A stretch of DNA of 64,000 nt from an uncultured Ralstonia sp. (GTDB taxonomy: Bacteria; Pseudomonadota; Gammaproteobacteria; Burkholderiales; Burkholderiaceae). Positions 36,659-47,999 of this stretch are shown here, in pieces (the first letter of the stretch is position 1; each line of letters starts with the position of its first letter). The translations under genes and the position numbers were made by a program. The notes beneath the pieces are model-generated. The model had not been told where the DNA came from and searched no databases. It saw only the letters and a program-made list of their open reading frames with translations. The stretch is from NCBI GenBank assembly GCA_963512445.1, contig CAUPMS010000004.1, forward strand, positions 53,123 to 117,122, read 5' to 3'.

Positions 36659-37663
36659 ATGTCGCTGCCGCCGATCCTGCAAAACCGCCTGTCCGTGCCC
36701 GTGGTGGGCTCGCCGCTGTTCATCATTTCCAACCCTGACCTCGTGATCGCGCAGTGCAAGGCGGGCGTGGTCGGTTCGTTCCCGGCGCTCAATGCGCGCC
36801 CGGCCGAGCTGCTGGAAACCTGGCTGCAACGCATCACCACCGAGCTGGCCGAGTACGACGCGCAACACCCGGACAAGCCATCGGCGCCGTTCGCCGTCAA
36901 CCAGATCGTGCACAAGTCGAACGACCGCCTGGAGCACGACCTGGCGCTGTGCGTGAAGTACAAGGTGCCCATCGTCATCACCTCGCTCGGCGCGCGTGAA
37001 GACGTGAACCAAGCGGTGCACAGCTATGGCGGCATCGTGTTGCATGACGTGATCAACAACAAGTTTGCCAAGAAGGCGATCGAGAAAGGTGCGGACGGCC
37101 TGATTGCCGTGGCAGCAGGTGCGGGCGGCCATGCGGGCACGACCTCGCCGTTTGCGCTGATCCACGAGATTCGTGAGTGGTTTGACGGCCCGCTGCTGCT
37201 GTCGGGCGCGATTGCCAACGGCAACGCCATCCTGGCAGCGCTGGCGGCCGGTGCGGATCTGGCCTACGTCGGCTCGGCGTTTATCGCCACGGAAGAAGCC
37301 AACGCGGCGGAAGGCTACAAGCAAGCCATCGTTGAATCCAGCGCCACCGATATCGTCTACACGAACCTGTTCACCGGCGTGCACGGCAACTACCTGCGCA
37401 AGAGCATCGAGGGCGCCGGGCTGGACCCCGACGCGCTGCCGGAATCGGACCCGAGCAAGATGAACTTCGGCTCGGGCGGTGGCGCCAAGGCCAAGGCGTG
37501 GAAAGACATCTGGGGCGCAGGCCAGGGCGTGGGCGCAGTCAAGCGCGTGGTGCCGGCGGCGGAACTCGTCAAGCGCTTTGCCGAAGAGTTTGAAGTGGCG
37601 CGCCGTCGCCTGAACAGCATCGAGGCGCTGTGGGCCCCGGCGGGTAACAAGGCGACGGTTTAA
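36659..37663 (+). CDS. Nitronate monooxygenase/FabK-like FMN-dependent oxidoreductase
   Basis: PLFIIS, GSFPALNAR, GAGGHAG, AYVGSAFIAT and KAWKDIWGAGQG. Confidence 0.92.
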   Translation: MSLPPILQNRLSVPVVGSPLFIISNPDLVIAQCKAGVVGSFPALNARPAELLETWLQRITTELAEYDAQHPDKPSAPFAVNQIVHKSNDRLEHDLALCVKYKVPIVITSLGAREDVNQAVHSYGGIVLHDVINNKFAKKAIEKGADGLIAVAAGAGGHAGTTSPFALIHEIREWFDGPLLLSGAIANGNAILAALAAGADLAYVGSAFIATEEANAAEGYKQAIVESSATDIVYTNLFTGVHGNYLRKSIEGAGLDPDALPESDPSKMNFGSGGGAKAKAWKDIWGAGQGVGAVKRVVPAAELVKRFAEEFEVARRRLNSIEALWAPAGNKATV

Positions 37664-37673
37664 TCAAGTCTAA

Positions 37674-37796
37674 AGAGCCTGTTCACGATCCGTAGCGAGC
37701 GGCCCGAGGTTGGCGTGAGAAGCGCAACCGTACGTGAGTACGGTGAGCATCGCAAAGCCAAGATCGGGCCGCGCAGTAGGATCGTGGACAGGCTCT
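37674..37796. mobile_element. 123-bp MITE-like long-hairpin element
   Basis: Terminal inverted repeats AGAGCCTGTTCACGATCC / GGATCGTGGACAGGCTCT (17 of 18 match), nested stems, central ACCGTAC-GTGA-GTACGGT, TAA on both flanks, no ORF. Confidence 0.72.
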
Positions 37797-38331
37797 AAGC
37801 AGTCACCGAGGCTGGCTCTAGCAACGGCAGCACATCGTCTGCCCACGCGAGCCAGCCTTCTTCGTAAACGATGCCGCGTTGAAGCACCGCGTGCTGCAAC
37901 TGCTGCGCACGTGTGAGATCAGGCCGCGAAAAATCGCGCTGCTCGATCTCGCGGAAGGTGTTCAGGCGGGTGCGGTGCTGATCGATCAGGCGCTGCATCT
38001 CGTCGGCAAAACCGAGTGGGCCGATCACCGCGTCGGCGCGCAGCTTCACCAGCACCTCTTCACGGTTATCCGACGACACAGTCGGCTCCAGCACCCAGCG
38101 CGCGAGTTCTTCGCGGCCCGGCGGCAGCACGGTGTAAGTCTTCTTGCGGCTGTCTTCCTCTTCTTCCGCGCTCACCCAGCCGGCCTCGGCCATGCGGCCA
38201 AGCTCACGGTAGATCTGCTGATGCGTGGCGCTCCAGAAATAGCCCATCGACTTGTCAAAGCGGCGGGCAAGCTCGTAGCCCGACGAGGGCTTTTCCAGCA
38301 GGGATGTCAGCAGTGCGTGTTGGATGGACAT
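37795..38331 (-). CDS. PadR family transcriptional regulator
   Basis: SGYELARRFDKSMGYFWSATHQQIYREL...KKTY plus C-terminal Vir_act-like helical domain. Confidence 0.93.
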   Translation of the reverse strand: MSIQHALLTSLLEKPSSGYELARRFDKSMGYFWSATHQQIYRELGRMAEAGWVSAEEEEDSRKKTYTVLPPGREELARWVLEPTVSSDNREEVLVKLRADAVIGPLGFADEMQRLIDQHRTRLNTFREIEQRDFSRPDLTRAQQLQHAVLQRGIVYEEGWLAWADDVLPLLEPASVTA

Positions 38332-38774
38332 GAGCAAGAAGTGACGTGAGTCTTTGTTTTTCCATCGATCGGGTTTTGAACAGCCATGCCCGGTCCAGTC
38401 TGCGAACTTTACAGAACAGTAATGGATGCGTCATGCACTGTTTGCCAGCGTTGACTCGAAATCGAGTGTCGCAAATGCAGTGGTGAGCATGCCCATCTCC
38501 GGGCACCCCGCATAGACGCGAGCGTACGGCGATTCGCATACTCGGCTCTCACCTCTGGCCCTGATGTTTGGTGTCCAAACGCGCGACTGACCAAGGACTG
38601 GGCGACGATTGGGAGACGCCAGTGCGGGGTGTCGCCCGCGCTGCCATCGCTGTCTGGGCAACTGGACCCTCTCCAAAAACCCGAGCGCCCCCCCGATTCC
38701 CTCTGCGCTGGACAGTGCTGTTGGCCCGTGCACGCGAACCCGCCATGTTGAATTGAGGCGGCGCACGAACGCGT

Positions 38775-39566
38775 TCAGCGCGCCTCATTCTCCAGCGCAC
38801 TCACCATCTCCGCCGCTGCGCGCTGCAATTCGGGAACGAAGCGCCGCGTTGCCTCGGCGGGGCTGACCGCCTGCTCCAGATAAACCACGTTGAGGCTTGC
38901 GAGCACGCGCCCACCCGTCTCGATCGCCACGGCCACGGCACCGATCTTGCGCTGATCGGCCCAGTCGCCGTGGTTGGAGCCAAAGCCATCCTTGCGCGTC
39001 TGCCGCACGAGATTGCGGAGATAGACATCGTCCAGCGCCAGTTTGCGTTGCTGCTCGCCGCCCGCCCCCGAGCGCAATACTTCGAGAATGTGCTGCCGCT
39101 CGGCCTCCGGGCACATCGCGAAGTAGACACGGCCGGCGGCGGTCTGCAGCATCGGTAAGCGCCGGCCCACCATCGCGCGATGGAACGACAGCGGGCTGAA
39201 CCGGTGCGTGGTCTCGCGGATGATCATGGCGTCGCCGTCCGGTGTCGTCAGGTCCGAAGGCCACACCACGCGCTGCATCAGTTGCCCCATGATCGGCGGC
39301 GCGATGGTTGCGATGCGCTCGTCGTGGGTGAAGCCTTCGCTCAATGAACGCACGTCGAGCGTAAGCCGGAAGGTGTCATCGGAGGCGCTGCGCCGCACGA
39401 ACGCTTCTTCCATCAGCGTCTCCAGCAGGCGCCGGACCGTAGTGCGATGCAGGCCCGTCGCATCGCTCAGTTGCTGGCTGGTCGCGCGGCCGTTTTCCAT
39501 GGCGTTGAGTGCCCTCAGCACTTGCAGTCCACGCGCCAGGCCACGCACGCTCACATACTTTCCCAC
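38775..39566 (-). CDS. mhpR: IclR-family activator MhpR
   Basis: VRGLARGLQVL, GLHRTTVRRLLETL and RETTHRFSPLSFHRAMVG; divergent from mhpA. Confidence 0.93.
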   Translation of the reverse strand: MGKYVSVRGLARGLQVLRALNAMENGRATSQQLSDATGLHRTTVRRLLETLMEEAFVRRSASDDTFRLTLDVRSLSEGFTHDERIATIAPPIMGQLMQRVVWPSDLTTPDGDAMIIRETTHRFSPLSFHRAMVGRRLPMLQTAAGRVYFAMCPEAERQHILEVLRSGAGGEQQRKLALDDVYLRNLVRQTRKDGFGSNHGDWADQRKIGAVAVAIETGGRVLASLNVVYLEQAVSPAEATRRFVPELQRAAAEMVSALENEAR

Positions 39567-39592
39567 GGAAAATCTCCTTATAAATCAATAGC

Positions 39593-39607
39593 GTGCATTC
39601 TATGCAC
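39593..39607. promoter_or_regulatory. Putative MhpR operator
   Basis: Palindrome GTGCAT-tct-ATGCAC between mhpR and mhpA, resembling the E. coli MhpR site GTGCAC-N3-GTGCAC. Confidence 0.65.
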
Positions 39608-39685
39608 ATTTCTCACAAATTGTTGAGCGGGTATCCGTCCGTGCCTAGACTCCCTGCAAACCACAGAGATAACGGAGACGCCCCC

Positions 39686-39919
39686 ATGACCCACCGCGCC
39701 GATCGTCAGCCTTGGCTGACCCGCGCCCTTGCGCGCAGCAGCGCATCGCCCACACGGTCCGCCGCCCCATCCGCCGCCCATCCGCCGCCCAGCCGCCGCA
39801 CCCGGGCACCTGAGCCGCACGCGGCCGCACCGGGCCGCTTTCAAACCTGCCTTTGGAGCACAGCCAATACGCGCTCAGCGCGGAGGCACGCTCGCGCCTT
39901 GCAAGAAGGAGACACATGA
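39686..39919 (+). CDS. Possible 77-aa upstream ORF coupled to mhpA
   Basis: GGAGA RBS, ATG 39686, stop overlapping the mhpA start (ATGA). Low-complexity sequence with no recognisable domain. Confidence 0.3.
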   Translation: MTHRADRQPWLTRALARSSASPTRSAAPSAAHPPPSRRTRAPEPHAAAPGRFQTCLWSTANTRSARRHARALQEGDT

Positions 39920-41772
39920 ACACAACCGCCAAACAGACGGCACCAGACGACCGTCCACCGCTTTTGCGCACCGACGTTGCCATCATCGGCGCCGGCCCGG
40001 TCGGACTGATGCTCGCCAATATCCTCGGCCTGCAAGGTGTACGCGTCACCGTCATCGAAAAGCTCGAGCAACTGGTCGACTATCCGCGTGCAATCGGCCT
40101 GGATGACGAAGCGCTGCGCGTTTTCCAGGCAGTCGGGCTTGCAGATGCACTGCTGCCGCACACCACGCCCGACCACTGGATGCGTTTCGTCACGCGGGGC
40201 GGCCATTGCTTTGCGTCCATCGAGCCGCGCACGGACGAGTTCGGCTGGTCGCGCCGCAATGCGTTCATCCAGCCGCTTGCCGATCGGGTGCTCTTTGAAG
40301 GGCTGCAGCGGTTTGAGCACGTCGAGATATTGTTCGGCCATGACTTGCAAGCGATCGGCCAGGATGCCGATGGCGTAAGCATCGAAGTGCGCACAGCAGG
40401 GGGCGAGCCCCGCACGATCCGCGCCGCGTACCTGGTTGGCGCCGACGGCGGCAACAGCTTCGTGCGCCGCGCGCTGAACGTGCCGTTTGAGGGCCGCACC
40501 AAGCCGAACCAGTGGATCGTCGTGGACGTACGCAACGATCCGATCGGCACACCCCATGTCTACCTGCATTGCGACCATGAGCGGCCATACGTGTCGGCGG
40601 CGCTGCCCCATGGCATCCGACGCTTCGAATTCATGGTGATGCCGGGCGAGACCGAGGAAGAACTGTCCAGGCCTGAAAACATGGCGGCCCTGATCCGCAA
40701 GGTCGTCGCGCATCCGGAAAAGGTCGACTACATCCGCAAACGCGTCTACACACACAACGCGCGGCTGGCATCGACCTTCCGGGTCAACCGCATCCTGCTG
40801 GCCGGTGACGCCGCCCACATCATGCCGGTGTGGCAGGGTCAGGGCTACAACAGCGGCATCCGCGATGCCAATAATCTCGGCTGGAAACTGGCGATGATCG
40901 TCAAGGGCACGGCTGACCAGCGCCTGCTCGATACCTACACGGCGGAGCGCAGGGCGCATGCGCGCTCGATGATCCATCTCTCCGAGGTGGCTGGCGATAT
41001 CTTCGCGCCAACCACGCGCTTTGGTGTGCGCTTTCGCGACGCGTTCGTGCGCGCCTTCAACGTCTTGCCATCGGTCAAGCGCTACTTCATCGAGATGCGC
41101 TTCAAGCCAATGCCCCGCTATGAAGAGGGCGTGGTGCTGCTGCCGCCGCCGCGCAAGACCGGCGGATGGCTTGCCCGCACGCTCGAGCGCTCAGGCAGCT
41201 CGCCGCTCGGGCGCCTGCTCGGCCTGATGAGCGAGAAACGCGATTCGTTGATCGGTCGGCTGGCCTACGGCCGCGATCCGCACGCGGGCTCACCGGCCGG
41301 ACGCCTGTTTATCCAGCCACGCGTGCGCACCTGCGACGGCCGCCTGACCCTGCTCGACGACGTCATCGGTAATCACTTTGCCGTGATCGGCTGGGGTACG
41401 GACCCGACGTTCTGCCTCACGCCGCAAGCGCGCGCGCTGTGCGAGCAGGCAGGCGTGCGCTTCGTGATCGCAAAGCCGGACGTGCAGCTTGTGCATGTCG
41501 ACGACGTGCCGGAAGGCGTGACCGCGATCGGCGATGCCACGGGCCGCCTGAAAGACTGGTTCAGCCGCCTGCCGGAGTCGGTGGTGCTGCTGCGCCCGGA
41601 CCGCTTCGTGGCAGGCGTGTGCACGCCGCAACAGGTGTCCGATGCCATCGCCGAGTTGGCCACCAGGCTTGGCATGACCGATGTGCCGCCGCGCATCGGC
41701 GCGACCACTCCATCGCCATCGTTGCGCCCCGCGCGCGATCCGATTGACGTCGCACGCGCCATTGGAGCCTGA
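39916..41772 (+). CDS. mhpA: 3-(3-hydroxyphenyl)propionate hydroxylase
   Basis: GAGPVG FAD fold, [15 protein letters not shown] and [23 protein letters not shown]. Confidence 0.95.
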   Translation: MNTTAKQTAPDDRPPLLRTDVAIIGAGPVGLMLANILGLQGVRVTVIEKLEQLVDYPRAIGLDDEALRVFQAVGLADALLPHTTPDHWMRFVTRGGHCFASIEPRTDEFGWSRRNAFIQPLADRVLFEGLQRFEHVEILFGHDLQAIGQDADGVSIEVRTAGGEPRTIRAAYLVGADGGNSFVRRALNVPFEGRTKPNQWIVVDVRNDPIGTPHVYLHCDHERPYVSAALPHGIRRFEFMVMPGETEEELSRPENMAALIRKVVAHPEKVDYIRKRVYTHNARLASTFRVNRILLAGDAAHIMPVWQGQGYNSGIRDANNLGWKLAMIVKGTADQRLLDTYTAERRAHARSMIHLSEVAGDIFAPTTRFGVRFRDAFVRAFNVLPSVKRYFIEMRFKPMPRYEEGVVLLPPPRKTGGWLARTLERSGSSPLGRLLGLMSEKRDSLIGRLAYGRDPHAGSPAGRLFIQPRVRTCDGRLTLLDDVIGNHFAVIGWGTDPTFCLTPQARALCEQAGVRFVIAKPDVQLVHVDDVPEGVTAIGDATGRLKDWFSRLPESVVLLRPDRFVAGVCTPQQVSDAIAELATRLGMTDVPPRIGATTPSPSLRPARDPIDVARAIGA

Positions 41773-41774
41773 GG

Positions 41775-42734
41775 ATGCCGATTCACCTGGAATGTCTTTC
41801 GCACACACCGTTGCATGGGTACTTCGATCCCGCGCCGGAAGTGGTTGCCGAGGTCGCACGCGTGCAAGCCGCGGCACGCGAACGCGTGCGCGCCTTCGAC
41901 CCCGAACTGATCGTCATCTTCGCGCCCGATCACTTCAACGGTTTCTTTTATGACCTGATGCCGCCGTTCTGCATCGGCGCAGCCGCCAGCGCGATCGGTG
42001 ATTTCAAGAGCCTCGCCGGAACGCTTGCCGTGCCGGAAGCGTTGGCGCGCGCGCTTGCAGAGAGCGTGCTCGCGGCAGAGATCGATGTGTCGCTGTCATA
42101 TCGCATGCAGGTCGACCATGGCTGCGCTGACGCACTCGAAAGCTTGACCGGCGGGCTGGATCGCTACCCGGTGATTCCGGTGTTCATCAATTCGGTCGCG
42201 CCACCCATGGCTACGCTGCGCCGTGCGCGCCTGCTGGGCGACGCCATTGGCCGCTTTGTTTCCCAGCTGGACAAGCGTGTGCTGGTCATCGGTTCGGGCG
42301 GGATTTCGCACGAACCGCCGGTGCCAGAGCTGATCGACGCGAGCGCGGAGGTTGCCGAGCGCCTGATCGCGGGGCGCAATCCGTCGGCGGAGTCCCGCGC
42401 CGCCCGCCAGGCCCGGACGGTTGCCGCCGCACGGGCGTTTACCGCGGGCGATAGCCGCCTGCACCCGCTCAATCCGGAGTGGGACCGCGCATTCCTGGCG
42501 TCTCTCGCCTCTGGTGATCTGACGGTCGTTGACGGCATGACCAACGACGCCATCACGCGCGACGGCGGCAAGTCCGCGCACGAAATCCGCACGTGGGTGG
42601 CGGCATTCGGGGCGCTGGCCGCTTACGGCCCGTACCGCGCATCGGTCGACTACTACCGCGCCATTCCCGAATGGATTGCAGGCTTCGCCACCATGCATGC
42701 CGAGCCGCGCGCCGCACTGGCCTCGGCCGCCTGA
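41775..42734 (+). CDS. mhpB: 2,3-dihydroxyphenylpropionate 1,2-dioxygenase
   Basis: [28 protein letters not shown] and HEIRTW (LigB/MhpB family). Confidence 0.95.
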   Translation: MPIHLECLSHTPLHGYFDPAPEVVAEVARVQAAARERVRAFDPELIVIFAPDHFNGFFYDLMPPFCIGAAASAIGDFKSLAGTLAVPEALARALAESVLAAEIDVSLSYRMQVDHGCADALESLTGGLDRYPVIPVFINSVAPPMATLRRARLLGDAIGRFVSQLDKRVLVIGSGGISHEPPVPELIDASAEVAERLIAGRNPSAESRAARQARTVAAARAFTAGDSRLHPLNPEWDRAFLASLASGDLTVVDGMTNDAITRDGGKSAHEIRTWVAAFGALAAYGPYRASVDYYRAIPEWIAGFATMHAEPRAALASAA

Positions 42735-42753
42735 CCCGAACAAGGAGAACCCA

Positions 42754-43542
42754 ATGTCCGATCACCAGACCGTGAACGCACTCGCCGCACGGCTTCGCGA
42801 AGCGCAAGCCTCGCGCCAAACCATCGCGCCGGTGCGCGGCGAAATCGCGATCGACGACATCGCAACCGCTTATGCGGTACAGCAGGCCAACGTCGATGCG
42901 CGCGTCACGAACGGCGAACGTATCGTCGGCCGCAAGATCGGCCTGACTTCACTAGCCGTGCAGAAGCAGCTCGGCGTCGATCAGCCCGACTTCGGTGCGC
43001 TGTTCGCGTGCATGGCCTACGGCGACAGCCAGCCCATGCCGCTATCGCGCCTGATCCAACCCAAGGTTGAAGCGGAGATTGCACTCGTGCTCGAACACGA
43101 TCTCACGCACGAGAAGCACACCTTTGCCGACGTGCAGCGGGCGACAGCCTACGCGGTGGCGGCAATCGAAGTCGTCGACAGCCGCATCCAGAACTGGGAC
43201 ATCCGCTTTGTCGACACGGTGGCCGACAACGCGTCGAGCGCGCTGTTCGTGCTTGGCAGCCGCCCTGTGCCGCTCTCCGGCATCGACCTTGCCGCGTGCG
43301 TGATGACGCTCTCGCGCGATGGTGAAGTGTTGTCGCGCGGCACCGGCGCTGCGTGCCTTGGTAATCCGCTGAATGCCGCGGTCTGGCTGGCAGACCGGAT
43401 GGTGCAGCTGGGCACGCCGCTGCGTGCTGGCGACGTCGTGCTGACCGGCGCGCTCGGCCCCATGGTGGCCGTCACGCAGCCCGGCACATTTACCGCCCAG
43501 ATCGAAGGGCTTGGCAGCGTCCGCGCGACGTTTGCCGAATAA
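42754..43542 (+). CDS. mhpD: 2-keto-4-pentenoate hydratase
   Basis: [20 protein letters not shown] and DTVADNAS. Confidence 0.95.
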   Translation: MSDHQTVNALAARLREAQASRQTIAPVRGEIAIDDIATAYAVQQANVDARVTNGERIVGRKIGLTSLAVQKQLGVDQPDFGALFACMAYGDSQPMPLSRLIQPKVEAEIALVLEHDLTHEKHTFADVQRATAYAVAAIEVVDSRIQNWDIRFVDTVADNASSALFVLGSRPVPLSGIDLAACVMTLSRDGEVLSRGTGAACLGNPLNAAVWLADRMVQLGTPLRAGDVVLTGALGPMVAVTQPGTFTAQIEGLGSVRATFAE

Positions 43543-43555
43543 CACAGGCATGCAT

Positions 43556-44512
43556 ATGGCTTCCGAAAAACGCAAGGTGGCAATCATCGGCTCCGGCAAC
43601 ATCGGCACCGATCTCATGATCAAGATCATGCGCAACAGCAAGCATCTGGAGATGGCGGCAATGGTCGGCATCGATCCCACCTCCGACGGGCTGGCGCGCG
43701 CCGCGCGCCTGGGCGTCGCGACAACCCACGAGGGCGCCGAAGGGCTGACGCGCCTGCCGGTGTTCGACGACATCGACTTCGTGTTCGACGCCACCTCCGC
43801 CGGCGCACACATCAAGAATGACGCGCTGCTACGCGCGCTCAAGCCCGGCCTGCGGATGATCGACCTGACGCCGGCCGCCATCGGGCCGTATTGCGTGCCC
43901 GTAGTCAATCTGGACGCACAACTGGACGCGCCCAACGTCAACATGGTCACCTGCGGCGGGCAGGCCACCATTCCCATGGTCGCGGCGGTGTCGCGTGTGG
44001 CAAAGGTCCACTATGCGGAGATCATTGCGTCGATCAGCAGCCGATCCGCCGGCCCGGGCACCCGCGCGAATATCGACGAGTTCACCGAAACCACCTCCAA
44101 GGCAATCGAAGCCGTCGGCGGCGCCGCGAAGGGCAAGGCCATCATCATCCTCAACCCGGCCGAGCCGCCGGTCATGATGCGCGACACCGTCTACACGCTG
44201 TCTGAGTTGGCCGACCCGGACAAAATCGCGGCCTCCATCGAAGAGATGGTGCGAGCCGTCAACGCGTATGTGCCAGGGTACCGCCTCAAGCAGACCGTCC
44301 AGTTTGACGAGATTCCGGCCACCGCGCCGCTGAACGTGCCGGGCCTTCGCCGCTTGAGCGGGCTGAAGACTTCGGTGTTCATCGAAGTGGAGGGCGCCGC
44401 CCACTATCTGCCTGCCTACGCGGGCAACCTCGACATCATGACGTCCGCAGCGCTGGCAACCGCCGAGCGGATGGCGCAATCGCTGCTGTGCGTTCAAGGA
44501 GCCTACGCATGA
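43556..44512 (+). CDS. mhpF: Acetaldehyde dehydrogenase (acylating)
   Basis: [25 protein letters not shown] and YAGNLDIMT. Confidence 0.96.
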   Translation: MASEKRKVAIIGSGNIGTDLMIKIMRNSKHLEMAAMVGIDPTSDGLARAARLGVATTHEGAEGLTRLPVFDDIDFVFDATSAGAHIKNDALLRALKPGLRMIDLTPAAIGPYCVPVVNLDAQLDAPNVNMVTCGGQATIPMVAAVSRVAKVHYAEIIASISSRSAGPGTRANIDEFTETTSKAIEAVGGAAKGKAIIILNPAEPPVMMRDTVYTLSELADPDKIAASIEEMVRAVNAYVPGYRLKQTVQFDEIPATAPLNVPGLRRLSGLKTSVFIEVEGAAHYLPAYAGNLDIMTSAALATAERMAQSLLCVQGAYA

Positions 44513-45546
44513 GCACCGCCATGACCCGGAAACTCTATATCTCCGACGTGACGCTGCGTGACGGCAGCCACGCGATCCGCCATCAGTACTCGATCCAGAA
44601 CGTGCAAGACATCGCGCGCGCCCTGGATCGCGCCAAGGTCGACAGCATCGAAGTCGCGCACGGCGACGGTCTGCAGGGATCAAGCTTCAACTATGGCTTC
44701 GGCGCGCACAGCGATCTCGAATGGATCGCGGCCGTGGCCGAGGTGGTGCAGCACGCGAAGATCGCCACGCTGCTGCTGCCCGGCATCGGCACCACGCACG
44801 ACCTGAAGGCGGCCCACGACGCCGGTGCGCGTGTGGTGCGCGTTGCCACGCACTGCACGGAGGCGGACATCTCGAAGCAGCACATCGAGTACGCGCGCGA
44901 ACTCGGCATGGACACGGTCGGTTTCCTGATGATGAGCCACATGACCACGCCCGAGAACCTCGCCGCCGAAGCGAAGAAGATGGAAAGCTACGGCGCGACC
45001 TGCATCTACGTGGTCGATTCCGGCGGTGCGCTGACGATGAACGACGTTCGCGCACGCTTCCGAGCGCTGAAGGACACGTTGAACGCCGACACGCAAACCG
45101 GCATCCACGCGCATCACAACCTGTCGCTCGGGGTGGCCAACTCGATCGTCGCGGTGGAGGAAGGCTGCGACCGTATCGATGCGTCGCTGGCCGGCATGGG
45201 CGCCGGCGCGGGCAATGCACCGCTCGAGGTGTTCATCGCCGCAGCGGAACGCCTTGGCTGGAACCATGGCACCGACCTGTACACGCTGATGGATGCCGCC
45301 GATGACATCGTACGCCCGCTCCAGGACCGCCCGGTGCGAGTCGACCGCGAAACGCTCGCACTCGGCTATGCCGGTGTCTATTCGAGCTTCCTGCGGCACT
45401 CCGAAGTCGCCGCAAGGAAGTACGGCCTGAAGACCGTGGACATTCTCCTCGAGCTCGGCAAGCGCCGGATGGTGGGGGGCCAAGAGGACATGATCGTTGA
45501 CGTCGCGCTGGACCTGAAGAAACGCTCGCTCGAAGCACGGCAATGA
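44509..45546 (+). CDS. mhpE: 4-hydroxy-2-oxovalerate aldolase
   Basis: [15 protein letters not shown] and [14 protein letters not shown] overlap with mhpF. Confidence 0.96.
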   Translation: MSTAMTRKLYISDVTLRDGSHAIRHQYSIQNVQDIARALDRAKVDSIEVAHGDGLQGSSFNYGFGAHSDLEWIAAVAEVVQHAKIATLLLPGIGTTHDLKAAHDAGARVVRVATHCTEADISKQHIEYARELGMDTVGFLMMSHMTTPENLAAEAKKMESYGATCIYVVDSGGALTMNDVRARFRALKDTLNADTQTGIHAHHNLSLGVANSIVAVEEGCDRIDASLAGMGAGAGNAPLEVFIAAAERLGWNHGTDLYTLMDAADDIVRPLQDRPVRVDRETLALGYAGVYSSFLRHSEVAARKYGLKTVDILLELGKRRMVGGQEDMIVDVALDLKKRSLEARQ

Positions 45547-45647
45547 CACGCAGGGCGGCGCGCCTTGCCGTGCCGCCGTTAGCTTGAATGAACACCAAAG
45601 CCATGCCGCCACCTAGAGCGGCTTTGATTCACAACCCGGAGACAACC

Positions 45648-46913
45648 ATGAACACGTTACAGACAAGCAGCGCCGGCGAACGCACCGCGCGCGGGAGCAT
45701 CGTCACCATCGGCCTTTGCCTGGCGATCGCACTGCTCGAAGGACTGGATCTGCAATCGGCGGGCGTTGCCGCGCCGCGTATCGCGAAGGCGTTCTCGCTT
45801 TCAGTAGCACAGATGGGCTGGGCGTTCAGCGCCGGCGCCATCGGCCTGCTGCCGGGTGCAGCGCTGGGCGGGCGGCTCGCAGACCGCCTGGGCCGCAAGC
45901 GCGTACTCATGTTGTCGGTGGCCTTGTTCGGTGTGTTCTCCCTGGCGACGACGCTGGTGTGGGATTTCCAGAGCCTGCTGGTTGCGCGCCTGCTGACTGG
46001 CCTTGGCCTTGGCGCTGCCATGCCGAACCTGATCGCGCTGTGCTCGGAAGCGGCATCGCCCCGGCACCGCAGTACTGCGGTGGGCGCGATGTATTGCGGC
46101 ATGCCGTTCGGCGCCGCGCTGGCAGCCGCGATCGGCGTGGTGAGCCCCGGCGAGGATGCCTGGCGACATATCTTCTATGTGGGCGGCTTCGGGCCCCTGC
46201 TGATGCTGCCGCTGCTCGCGCTGTGCCTGCGCGAATCGGTGCAGTTTGTCGAGGCCAAGTCATCGGCCGCAGACACCACCACGCCGGGCTTCGTCGACGC
46301 GCTGTACCACCACGGGCGCGCACGCACCACGCTTGCGCTGTGGATCAGCTATCTGGGCACGTTGATCGTGCTCTATTTCCTGATGAACTGGCTGCCGTCG
46401 ATGGTGCTGTCCAACGGGCTGTCGCGCACGCAGGCAGGCGTGGCAATGATGATGTTCAACATCGGTGGCGGCATCGGCGCGGTCGGTATCGCCAACGTGA
46501 TGGACCGCTTCGGCCGGCGCCTCACGGTCGTCGCCATGTATGCAGGCACCGCGGCGGCGCTGGCGGGCCTTGCGAGCGCCGGCGGCAGCCTGTCGATGGC
46601 GTGCGGCGCGTTCTTCTGCGGCCTCTTCCTCGTCGGCGGGCAGTCGGTGCTGTATGCGCTCGCCGGCCAGGCGTATCCCACCGAAGTGCGCGGCACCGGC
46701 GTGGGGGCGGCGGTTGCCATCGGCCGGCTCGGCTCGATTCTCGGGCCGCTCGTCGCGGGGCAGCTCTTCGCGCTGGGGCAGAGCCCGTCGATGCTGGTGG
46801 GGGCCAGCATTCCGCTGATTGCCATGGCGGCGGTTGCCGCGCTGAGTGTGGTGGGTTCGTTCCCCAGACACCTGGACTCGGGCGCCGTGCTGGCGGACGG
46901 GCAAGGCGCCTGA
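45648..46913 (+). CDS. mhpT: 3-(3-hydroxyphenyl)propionate MFS transporter
   Basis: AAHS-family LEGLDLQ, GRLADRLGRKRV and YPTEVRGTGVG. Confidence 0.92.
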   Translation: MNTLQTSSAGERTARGSIVTIGLCLAIALLEGLDLQSAGVAAPRIAKAFSLSVAQMGWAFSAGAIGLLPGAALGGRLADRLGRKRVLMLSVALFGVFSLATTLVWDFQSLLVARLLTGLGLGAAMPNLIALCSEAASPRHRSTAVGAMYCGMPFGAALAAAIGVVSPGEDAWRHIFYVGGFGPLLMLPLLALCLRESVQFVEAKSSAADTTTPGFVDALYHHGRARTTLALWISYLGTLIVLYFLMNWLPSMVLSNGLSRTQAGVAMMMFNIGGGIGAVGIANVMDRFGRRLTVVAMYAGTAAALAGLASAGGSLSMACGAFFCGLFLVGGQSVLYALAGQAYPTEVRGTGVGAAVAIGRLGSILGPLVAGQLFALGQSPSMLVGASIPLIAMAAVAALSVVGSFPRHLDSGAVLADGQGA

Positions 46914-47003
46914 CAGGTGAGGGCTTGTGCCCGGCGCGACACCTCTCTCGTTCACGTTTCAGTTCAACTTCAATCCAAATTCTGTCCAGGAAGGAAGATC
47001 ATC

Positions 47004-47873
47004 ATGGATGCAGCAGTACACCCGATCACGGAAGCCTCGACCAGCCGGTTCGTCACCATCAAGGACGGCGACACCCCATTCCGGATTCACTACAACGATG
47101 CCGGCGCAGGCACCGAGACCGTCGTGATGCTGCACGGCTCGGGCCCAGGCGCGAGCGGCTGGGCCAACTTCAATCGGAACGTCGAGCCGCTGGTCGCAGC
47201 CGGCTATCGCGTGTTGCTGGTGGATTGCCCCGGCTGGAGCAAGAGCGACCCGGTTGTCAGCACGGGCTCGCGCTCGGAGCTGAACGGCCGCGTGCTCAAG
47301 GCTGTGCTCGACGCGCTCGACGTCGAGCGCGTACACATCATCGGCAACTCCATGGGTGGGCACAGTGCGGTTGCGTTTGCGCTGGCCAATCCCCAGCGTG
47401 TCGGCAAGCTCGTGCTGATGGGCGGCGGCACCGGCGGGCCCAGCCAGTTCGTGCCGATGCCCACTGAAGGCATCAAGCTGCTCAATGGCCTGTACCGCGA
47501 GCCAACCATCGAGAACCTGAAGCGGATGATGAATGTGTTCGTCTATGACGCCAGCTCGCTGACCGATGAACTGATGCAGACGCGCCTGGACAACATGCTC
47601 GCGCGGCGCGACCACCTCGAGAACTTCGTGAAGAGCCTGGCCGCAAATCCGAAACAATTCACCGACTATGGATCGCGCCTGGGCGAGATAGCAGCGCCCA
47701 CGCTCGTGATCTGGGGCCGCGACGACCGTTTCGTGCCGATGGATGTCGGTCTGCGCCTGATCGCCGGCTTGCCGACCGCGCAGATGCACATCTTCAATCG
47801 CTGCGGCCACTGGGTGCAGTGGGAGCACGCTGATGCGTTCAACCGGATGGCCATCGATTTCCTGGCCCACTGA
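47004..47873 (+). CDS. mhpC: 2-hydroxy-6-oxononadienedioate hydrolase (meta-cleavage product hydrolase)
   Basis: [20 protein letters not shown] and CGHWVQWEH. Confidence 0.95.
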   Translation: MDAAVHPITEASTSRFVTIKDGDTPFRIHYNDAGAGTETVVMLHGSGPGASGWANFNRNVEPLVAAGYRVLLVDCPGWSKSDPVVSTGSRSELNGRVLKAVLDALDVERVHIIGNSMGGHSAVAFALANPQRVGKLVLMGGGTGGPSQFVPMPTEGIKLLNGLYREPTIENLKRMMNVFVYDASSLTDELMQTRLDNMLARRDHLENFVKSLAANPKQFTDYGSRLGEIAAPTLVIWGRDDRFVPMDVGLRLIAGLPTAQMHIFNRCGHWVQWEHADAFNRMAIDFLAH

Positions 47874-47999
47874 CTTGAGTCCGCCGGATTGGGCACCGCT
47901 TGTGGCGGCGCCCAATCCGTCAACTGCGCGGATGCGCCGCCGTCCTCATGTGACCAACATCTCATGGGGAGCCGCGACGGTGCACACGCCGAACCCAGC

